The notes under the pieces are model-generated. The model worked only from the letters and a program-made list of their open reading frames with translations. It made no database searches and was not told the DNA's origin. A stretch of DNA of 64,000 nucleotides from Podarcis filfolensis (taxonomy: Eukaryota): the NCBI GenBank assembly GCA_964270895.1, contig OZ185441.1; one strand, written 5' to 3'. Shown here one piece after another: positions 54,589 to 64,000 of this stretch. The translations under genes and the position numbers were made by a program. The number at the start of each line of letters is the position of its first letter. Within the stretch, counting starts at the first letter, position 1.

Positions 54589-57500
54589 CAAAACTGTGTG
54601 ATTCTGAAAGTGAAATATGCATCTACTAAAAACAGTTTAGAGTTGTTGTTTTTTATAAAATCCAAATATCCAATATTTTCCAAGAAAATATGCACTGGAA
54701 AATTTGAAATGGAACAATAAGCAGCACTATAAACAAAACTGACTAGAAGCAGAAGAGATGGTAATAACTATACTATGAATAAACACCTGCTTTTTCTTGT
54801 ATCATCCTTGAATACAAGCCAGATAGATGAAAAAAGTCATCAAAGCCATATAAATCGCCTACATTAAAAAAAATCTGGACAAATGTTGATTACTGGTTGC
54901 CTGTATAAGGAGACATCAACAATCTGAAGGAAAAGCCATGAGAGATTGAAATTAGAAAGCCTTTTAGATGCTGTTGTCTAGGAGACACCAGAATCTACTG
55001 TATTGGTGACAAAAGAAAGAAAGGGCCGAGTGCAATTGCTAAGGCTTTCAGCCTACTCTCTTTCATGTTCAGTTTGTTGAGAAGGGGGATGGTTCTGTGA
55101 CAAATGCTGCTAAGATGAATAGCTGATTAAAGCAGAATTTAGCATTCATTTTACAAGTTAACTGAAGAGGATTCATGGCACCATCGCATCTTGGGGAAAA
55201 AATAATAGGCACGGATCTATGAACAGAGAGCAAAGCTGGCTTATTTGGAGAGTTGGATTTCACATACGCATGTTTAGACAGAGAAATAAAATGACTCAAA
55301 ATGAAATGCCATCAGCATTAATCAGGCATATTTGCAGATTATCAGAAGAGGAATCATATAAAAACATTTCCCCAGAACTATAGCATTGATAGCTATAAAA
55401 GTGTTTGCAGAAACTGAAGTAAGAGCGACACACCATTGTTGGTTTTTACAGGAAACTTATTTATTTATTTTTGAAAACATAAAAGGTGGCTCAGAGACCC
55501 AAGACAACTCCGTGGGAAAGGTCATAATTACACCTTGTATCCGACAAAGTGGGCTTAAGCCCATAAAAGACTTATGGTTGGTTTTACTGCAACTTCTACC
55601 CCCTCTGGAAACCTTGAAGGCTTTCACCATAGCCAGCGAACTGTTACCTCTTTAAAACCACAGGAAAATTTAAATAAAAGCAATTTTTAAAAAATTAAAC
55701 AACTATGCTTGAAGTCTGAGTGGGATGGCTTCTGCAGTTAGAACTACGGAGCTAAGGCTACATTCCATAATGGGTAACTCCTTCGCCAATCTACTCAATG
55801 AATGAGTATATTGTACCTTCAAATGTATTAACTTGATTGTGTGAGGGGGAGTGCTATACAAACAATTATTGTGCATACTTCTAACTGCCAGGAAATACTA
55901 AGGCAATAAACCAGCATTCAATTTGACTCAATTGCCTGGGCGTTCATAGCTTCTGAGAGGCTTAACATGAGCATCTAAATGCAGAGAACCTTGACTGAGT
56001 CACTTCTTTTATTATTATTAAACAGCAAAATCATTTGAAAATGGAGTATGTCTGTAAACAAACTTAAGGTAAGATTGTGAAAATAAATTTTGGATCACAG
56101 AGGCCAACTATCACTACTTTAGCATGGGGATTGTGACTGGAATTTTCTACTGACCTTCCTCCCATTAATATCTGTGCTTAAGGGCCAAGCAACAAAACAA
56201 TAATTCAGCAGAGCCTGATGCAAAACCCTACAAAAGGGCTTGATTAACTGCATCGCCTTTTCATTCATTACACCAGACTGGAGGGATCTTTTGCAACTCA
56301 GGCACCTCTGGAATTCATGTTCCCTCAAAAGTCACTGGAAATCAAGGTTCAAAAATAATGCATGATGTTACCCCAATTCACAAAACATTGTGAGCACCAC
56401 ATGTTCGCAGCAGAATTTGGAGCTGGCCCAATACGCCTGCTCCATGTGACTGAAAAATGCACGGAGTTAATATTTGCAGATATTAAATCCTCTGACATGA
56501 ACTGCCAAGACATCAAAGTGCTTTGTAGTAGCCAAAGCATGCACCAGGAAATATCTGATTAAACTCACAACCAGCCTTAGATAGTTAACAAAAGGGAAAC
56601 GCCACCTTTAATTATACAATTGCCATTCTGGCTGTCTTGGCATTCTCTGTATCCTAAATTTCCCCCACATGTTCAGTGATTTAAATAATGCTGCAGTTAA
56701 AATGTATTATTCTATCTCTGATTATACTCAGATGCCACTAAAATGTGAGTATTCGTCTAATGCTTGTTGAATTACTCCACTGCTGTTCAAGCTATGCTAG
56801 AGACTCGATTTAAAAAGCAGCAACTAATTTCACTGTGGTTAGTGAGAAAAGAGGGATCTTTGGGATACCTAAATATTTATCATTTCTGTTTTCACAGTTT
56901 AAAATACAGAATGTCATCATTTTATAGTATTTATCAGACTGCTCAATTTTATTTATTTGTAAAGTTCTCTTCTGCATGTGGCAAAGCTATACAGAATTCC
57001 TAATTTTGAAGTTCTTATTCGGCCACCTACAAAGCTCCACTTAAACCAAACCAAAACAATTTAAGGAAAACAAAAACAAAACATGGCATAATTATAACAA
57101 CTGGAATCAGGAAAGTATTTTCTCTTTTCTTTCTCTTTGCACAGAAGAGAATGAAACTCTATGAGCAAATTAACATTTAGATTACAAGACTCTGCATGCT
57201 TTCTGTAACAGCGGTAATCAGTTTGCCAATTTGCCAAATCTTCCCAAAAGTAGTGAGTAAAATAAATATTTGCAAACGTATGTCTAAGGACTTCTATTAC
57301 ACTGAGTAAAATAAGTGCTCTTGTTCATTGCAGTATAATCCATCACTTTTTGTTACATACTTCAAGGGAATCCCTGCCTTTAACCAATATTTTGCATTTT
57401 CCCCCCTGTGGATAAAAGTTCACGGTTAGTACATTCCCTGGGAACACGTCAATGTTGCTGTCTATTGCAATGACCTTGTTCACAAACTGATAATTGTGGC

Positions 57501-58399
57501 ATTGTGTTTCTGTTAAAGAAAACAAAACAACAGCATTCCAAATATTGTCCAAATTGAGACACACATATGTGGCAGATATAAAGAAAAATAATTATTAGCT
57601 GCACTACAGGGAAAGAGGATACTTTTCTGAAGTGTTTATATAGTTGAACACAACAAGTCAATATGATACGCACAGCGCAATCCTACTGTACCTTCTTAAA
57701 ATAAAGGCCAAGCAAAGGTGTATATCATATTATAATGGAACAGGGAAGTAATTTATTGCTTTTGCAAGAATCTGACATGTATTATCCATATTGTGTGTAT
57801 GTGATGTTTCTGGGACATGAAGAAGCATTACTGAAGATTCTTAACAAAATAATGAAATTCACTTGTTATTGTTTTCATATGTTATTTTATACTGGAAGAG
57901 GAGACACAAAACCAAGGGTCATGACAGGCTCAGGCACCAACTGAGAAAAGGCATACAGCTCTCCTCACCACAGTATTGGGGAATTCATGACTGATGTACA
58001 AACCACAGGGGAGGTTGCTTAGTAAATGGGGAGTAGAATTCTGCTCTGGCCACAGTCAGTCCTATCTGTCCTACCACAAGACTGAGGAAATGCTGTGTGG
58101 TAAAATAATGCTGTCCTTGCTCTACTTGTTTGTAAAGTTCATCCGATTCTTGTTCTGTTTGCTTTGGCACAGATGATCAAGCTCTGCAGTTCGCTGTGGT
58201 TAGAAAAGAGAGGAGGAGGAAGAGGGCTTCTTCTTTTGCATGGTGGCACATCTGCTTCAGGATGCTAGCTGGTACAGCAAAAGAGATTTCTTCCTTCAGA
58301 AGCAAAGGTTTCTCACTAAGACAGGTGATGGTTCCATTTGAACTGCAGATTTGTTAAAATAATCTCTGCAGACCCTTCTCTGGTTGTCCCCTGCCTTCA

Positions 58400-58690
58400 A
58401 AAGTTACTTGGGGGCAGCTGGAGTTAGGACCTTTTCTGTGGTGGTGATCTAGCTTCAGAACAGCCTCACCTGGCACCTAATCTGCTGAGCTTGAGGGGGC
58501 AGGTGCATTATGGGTTTTGTTTTGTTTTGGTCTGGGCCTTTAGCAAACAACTACATTTTATTCATTATTGATTTATATCATGTTTTCTGCTGTTTCACTG
58601 ACTTTGAATTTTATACGTTATAACATGTTTTTGTTGCGATTGGAAGCTACTTTCTGAATTTCTTAGGTAGCGAGTTATAAATAAAAGTAT
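58400..58690 (+). mobile_element. Degenerate L2-like LINE 3' end
   Basis: ggaccttttctgtggtggtg...gaacagcctc...gggcctttag...ttataaataaaa. Confidence 0.4.
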
Positions 58691-59762
58691 TTAATTAGGC
58701 AAGTTACGCATGAAAAATTCCCACTACATTTAAGATTAAAGGACTGGGCTGCATCTAAGTCCACAATGCACCCCAAGCATGGAATCAGAAAGGACACATT
58801 TATTCGCCAAACAAAGTGTGACAGTAAATCAGTGCAGCATGCTTGCTTCTCATTTGATGTTCTGGCTTAATGTGATTTCTTCAGAGCAGCTACAAACACA
58901 ATGGCAATAAGGTATTAAAATGAATACAGAACAATTACACTGATCAGTGGTTTCTTCTAGCAGGTTTTCTATCCATAGCAAAGCACAAACATCAACATAA
59001 TTAATAAGCACATTGCATCCCAACAGTGCTGTTAGGCTTGAGCGCCAGACATCTACTTGCATGATGGAACTTCCCCCCTCTTCTTCCCTTGAGCCCCACA
59101 TGCACCCTCTGAGTAGATTTTGGGGTCACATAAGGAGAAGAGAGAAAGGGCAAGTCCTGTGGTATGAATGGAACTCTGCTTGTGAAGGACAGGATAAAAC
59201 TCATAGAAATTATCCAGAGGAAATTCTAGGCTCAATTTAACCACGTCTTTAAATGTTTATTTTCAATCCTCATTTGGAATGAAAAATGCTTACCTTTTAT
59301 TCCCCCTCAAACTATATTCTGTCTTTTAATAGGAAAGTATTGTAGTCTATTTAACAGGTTCCCACGAGTGAGATTTCCAAACTATAGCAATAGTCATAGC
59401 TATAGAATTTCTATCAAAATGAAAGATTTTAATAAGATGTTGCTGTTGAAAGAAAACAAAACAACCAAGTTTCCTGTGATAAAATTGCCCAAGGAGTTGA
59501 CTTGATTTTCATTCTCTGGGCGTGCAAGCAGAACATTTCTTCCACACATGCAATTTCTAAATATAGCACTCAGTAGAAAAATCAGCATCTCTTTAACCTC
59601 TCTGATACTCTGATGTCTCTAAGAAAATGCATGTTTTTCCTCTTTTTTGTTCTACAGCTTTAGATGTTTACATTTTTCCATGTTTGAATTCATTTTATTT
59701 TTGAGAAAGAGTAAACTTAGCATAGAAAGGAAACCAAGTTTTGATAATTCTCCCCCCCCCCC

Positions 59763-60408
59763 TTAGAATCACAGAATTGTAGTGTTGGAAGGGAGCCCAA
59801 GGAACATCTTCTAGCCCAACTCCCTGCAATGTAGGAATCACAGCTAAAGAACCCCTAAGAGATGACCGTACAACCTCTGTTTAGCAACCTCCAAAAAAGG
59901 AGAACCCACCACACCTTCTGAGGTAGCATATTCCATGGCCGAACAGCACTTACAATCACAAAAGTCCTTCCTAATATTTAGTCAGAATCTGCTTTCTTGT
60001 AATTTGAATCCATTGATTCAGGCCCTACCCTCTGGAGCAGCAGAAAACAAGCTTGATCCATCTGCCATGCGATAGCCATTCAGATATTTGAAGATGGCTA
60101 TCTTAGTCTTCTATATAAATATACCTAACTCCCCCCTGTTCCTCATAAGACTTAGCTTCCAGACCCTAGATCATCTTGGTCAACCTCCTCTACACATGTT
60201 CCATCTTGTCAATATCCTCCTTAAAGTGTGGTGCCCAGAACTGTACACAATACTGCCATTTGGGATCTGACCAAGGGAGCTATTATTTCCTTAGATAGAT
60301 CTGTTGATAAAGGCTAGAATTGTATTAGGTGTTTTTGTGTGTGTTTTCTGCTGCTGCAGTCACACTATCGACTCACGTTAAGCTTATGGTCTACTAAGAC
60401 CCCTAGGT
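59763..60408 (-). mobile_element. CR1 LINE 3' fragment (ORF2 end plus 3'UTR)
   Basis: Minus strand ends ...ccttccaacactacaattctgtgattctaa; internal tgtggtgcccagaactgtacacaatact and ttccatggccgaacagc are typical CR1. Confidence 0.88.
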
Positions 60409-60974
60409 CAAGTCATTTTGGTGCATCTATATATTCCTACTAAAATGTTTAACCATAAACATTTTATATAGAGGAATATGCTGCTTTGCTTTAGCACTGC
60501 ACAATCTAAAACCAGGAAGGTGGTTCTAAAAAGTGAATGCAAGCTAGATGATAAATCCACAGGGTGGGAAAGAGCCAGAAGGTGACTGTCCCAAAATATG
60601 AGTCTTCACCCTTGAATAATCCACATAGTCCAGGTCACAAACACGCAAAATTGCAACAGTTTCATCTCTCAAGTTTTAAACAAAAAACAGTTTTAATTCT
60701 GATTTTAAAAACAAACTATCATTTGCATTCAAAAGAATATGAGATGTATCTCTTTCTAGTAAGCTTCTTTATTTCCAAGCATATTGGAAGTGTGTAATCA
60801 TCACAATAAACTCAATTTTCAGCTCTGTAAATAAACAATTTTCACAAATACAGTTGTTTATTTTCATTAGTCTCTATGAAGAATACAGTAAAAACTCAAA
60901 ATGCTTTCATATTCCCTACAGCAATCTAAGCTGCTCTAACTACTATTTCCTAGCCACTGATGGATGCATTATAA

Positions 60975-61120
60975 AATCATAGAACTCCAGAGTTGGAAGG
61001 GACCACGAGGGTCATCTAGTCCAACCCGCTGCAATACAGGAAACTTTGGCACCAAATGGGACTTGAACCCACAACCATGAAATTAAGAGTCTCCTGCTCT
61101 AGTGACTGAGCTATCCCAGC
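60975..61120 (-). mobile_element. tRNA-Lys(CTT)-headed SINE with CR1-derived tail
   Basis: Minus strand gggatagctcagtc...gagactcttaatttca...gtgggttcaagtccc plus the shared CR1 tail. Confidence 0.82.
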
Positions 61121-61373
61121 TCAGCTTGTATTTAAAATGGGCAGGATCAAAACATTTACACAATTAGTTATTTGCACCCAGAATTGCCTTGGTTCTGTAC
61201 TTCTCAAACAGTAGCTCTCATTTCCACAATGTAAACAACTTTGGAAATGGAGAGAGCCTTCCAAAGCAGTTTGTGATATGTCCTGGAACATCTGTCAGTG
61301 ATGTAGGGTGGAAAAAATTAGGGGTCTGAAAGCTGTAATTTACTTTTTTGAGGGGACTACTCTATGAAGCTTA

Positions 61374-61376
<3 letters not shown>

Positions 61377-61451
<75 letters not shown>

Positions 61452-61452
61452 A
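61377..61452. repeat. Compound (CT)n(CA)n microsatellite
   Basis: Direct reading. Confidence 0.99.
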
Positions 61453-62842
61453 GTGCCATGGTAAACAGAGAGCAAACTAAAATATAAAATATGCATATTT
61501 TCAGAATGTTAAATTAGATCCCAATTTATTAAGGGCATTTGGGGGGGTTTCTGTTAAATGTGCATCAAAGTCTGCTGCTAAAGGGGAAAATAATCAATGA
61601 ACATTCCTAAACTGGCTCTTTGGATTCCAGACCGTATCACAGTAAATTGACTCAAATCATTCAACAACTACTCTATCCTGCTAGGGAGTTTTTAATCTTC
61701 TCCAATGATTACTCATAACGGGTAGATTTATCCCAAATCTAAGAAAATAAGTTGAAATGAAAGTCAAAAGTTGTCACTCTGATAATAGGAGTGAACTAGT
61801 GGTAAGATTAGAGCAGCTTTATATCTATTCCTATTTAGCATAAAGTCTGTAAGCACACTGGTAGAAGAGTATGAAGCTGACAACTGCTACAGGATACCGA
61901 TCACATTTTAATGTATTTAATTTAGTGATCACATATACCTTTTCTACTGATAGAAAATCCTCTCTCTTTTTTCCCTCTTGAAGGTTTGCCATAATGCTTT
62001 CTGTCAACTCCATTTTATTTGCAGACTGCTGCATTTCCTGGAACATGGAACTCTGGTAACTGTCATTCATACTTTTGTAACCTGGAGGACCAATTATCAC
62101 AATGAAGGCTACATAAGAATATGGTTGAAAACGGTTTAGAAACTTCTGAAAGCCTGCTGCACCCTGTGCTATCCGTTGATGAGGGCAGGGAGATAGATGG
62201 AAGCATATACATTAATTATCAGCCAGCTGCACCAGTGTTGGCCAATGGTCTAATGAAGTCCTTCATAGGCCTTTGTAGGAATACCTTAAGGAATAGCTCT
62301 CCATATAAGCCCTCACATCCTTTTAAGATTACCTCTAGTCTTTCTTCTCATTTTCACATGGGAAACAGTGAAATAAAGTACATGTGTGAAATGTCAATAT
62401 TACAATGTCAGAATGATGCCTAGTTTTGAAGGGCTTTCAAATACTTAATTGAAAACGAAATAGCAAGGTCACGGTTTGAAGACTTTGGCCCTATTCATGT
62501 ATCCATAAGGGATGGGGAGGATGGGCACGAGAACACTAGCTCCATATCCCTCTATAAGTTGCATGGTGACTGTCTGCAGTGGGGAAGCCTCCTAGACTTG
62601 GTAAGAATCTCCAGACATTTTAGAACCTTCGTTTCATAGGGATCCTTGCATGAGTTGAGGAAGTCTCCCAGATTCAGTCACTCTCCAACTTGTGGATAAT
62701 GACTAGGATGGTGAGGAGGTTGGAGTCCATGGAGCAAATGGCTTGTGTCCACTCATCCCCCTCACATTTTCAGTTGTCATGATTAATGCCTGAATAGGAA
62801 CTGAATCATCTTGGGTATTACACCATATATTTAAGCCACATT

Positions 62843-62985
62843 TAAAGCACACAGCTTCCCTCACCCCAATGACCCCGGGTAACTGTAATCTACCTCCCAC
62901 AGAACTACAATTCCCACCACTCTTAGCAAACCGCAGTTCCCAGGATTCTTTGGGTGAAGCCATGCCCCTTAAATGTACAGTACTG
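62843..62985. repeat. Degenerate palindromic interspersed repeat
   Basis: ccccgggtaactgtaat...aaaccgcagttcccaggattctttggg inverted arms. Confidence 0.45.
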
Positions 62986-63737
62986 ATGTGACCTGAGTCA
63001 CTCCTTGGCCTGAACAGTGCATGAAATTTGTCTACCACTTCAAGCAAATTATGCCCCCTCCGTTCTGTATTTGTATGCTGAAATGAGGGCTTCACAATAT
63101 TCCTCTACTTTTTTTTTATCAGTCTTTACATGTAAACTTCTGCTTAGCCGCCTTGCATGCTGTCATACATTGCAACTGGCCAGCAAAGCATCTATTTTCC
63201 TTTGAAGCGTATCTGCAGAAGAAGAGCTAACAGTTTGATTCAAAAAGGAGCTCTCCGCTTCAATCAGCCTTGTGGCACTCAGCAGTGCTACTGAGGCCAC
63301 TGAGAAGCTTTTAAGGTGTGAATTCTATTATACAAACCTCAATTAAGGAGGTGGTTTAAGGTTTAAGGTTCCCAATTCTTTTTGATGGAATCTGGAGTAG
63401 AAAGGGGATGCATGGAGAGAAGGGGGCAAGTTTGGCACTGGCAGATAAAACAAAATCCATTGTTCTTCTCTTTCAATTCTCCACTCTTTTGCTTTCAGGA
63501 ATCAAAAATGGTCGCACCTGAGGTGATATGGGCCTGAATGACAGAGCTATGAAAAGTTTGTCTTAAGGAGGCTTAGCCAGGTTCTAACTTCATGATTGGG
63601 AGATGGTGTTTCAGAGGAACACAGGAAGCAACCTTATACTCGGGCAGATTACTTGTCCATCAATTCCGTTTTTGTATCCTGACTGGCAGCGGCTCTCCAT
63701 GGTCTCAGATACAGATCCTTCCTATCCTCTCCTACCT

Positions 63738-63852
63738 CAGGGATGAAGAAGCTGTGGCCCTCCAGGTGTTGCTAAACTACAACTCCCATCAGTCCCACCC
63801 AGGCTGCCCAGTTGTCCAGCAACTTCTGAAGGGCCATGCTTCTCTATTCCTG
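63738..63852. mobile_element. Degenerate palindromic hAT-like MITE
   Basis: cagggatgaagaagctgtggccctccaggtgttgct...cagcaacttctgaagggccatgcttctctattcctg. Confidence 0.6.
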
Positions 63853-64000
63853 TGCTACACAATCCTTTTAAATGATGACACCATGGACTGAAATTTGACC
63901 CTTTCACATGGAAAGTTTCCGCTCTATCAGTGAGCTATGCCCCCTCTCTTATTCCTCTGCAGTTGAGGTTGCTAGTAACAACAACATACAGGTCTGGAAA

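Larger units (their letters stand above)
28081..64000 (-). other. CDH2: 3' part of CDH2 intron 2 (exons 1-2 outside the window)
   Basis: No exon 2-like cadherin sequence recognised upstream of exon 3; classical cadherins have a very large intron 2. Confidence 0.8.

Noticed and set aside
61831-62100. 89-aa minus-strand ORF with protein-like composition and an AAG|GTATAT donor-like site near 61936
   Set aside because: No homology I recognise and no convincing acceptor or start context; not cadherin exon 2
28081-64000. Search for CDH2 exon 2 or an alternative first exon like the remembered human intron-2 isoform
   Set aside because: No matching peptide seen; strong-looking minus-strand donors (about 30346, 37401, 40966) have no supporting exon evidence without RNA data

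Overview
Vertebrate genomic DNA, inferred to be a squamate and probably a lacertid lizard from its Sauria SINE, BovB and CR1 repeats. The window holds most of the N-cadherin gene (CDH2) on the minus strand: 13 consecutive coding exons (equivalent to human exons 3-15, 28080 down to 1822), all with GT-AG boundaries, joining into one open frame from the prodomain through EC1-EC5 and the transmembrane segment into the cytoplasmic tail. Exons 1-2 lie beyond the right edge (28081-64000 is part of the large intron 2) and exon 16 lies beyond the left edge. Introns carry three Sauria SINEs, tRNA-headed SINEs with CR1 tails, CR1/L2/BovB LINE fragments, hAT-like and Tc1/mariner-like MITEs, microsatellites and a 143-N gap. 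I found no second protein-coding gene, real tRNA gene or clearly new biological system. The best leads are an unusually long (~40 bp) SINE target duplication, two different tRNA heads on one CR1 tail, a CpG-rich MITE carrying NRF1/ETS/CRE motifs, an unassigned element with a perfect 20-bp inverted repeat, and candidate enhancers in intron 2. Comparisons with human/chicken CDH2 and repeat consensuses are from memory, not database searches.
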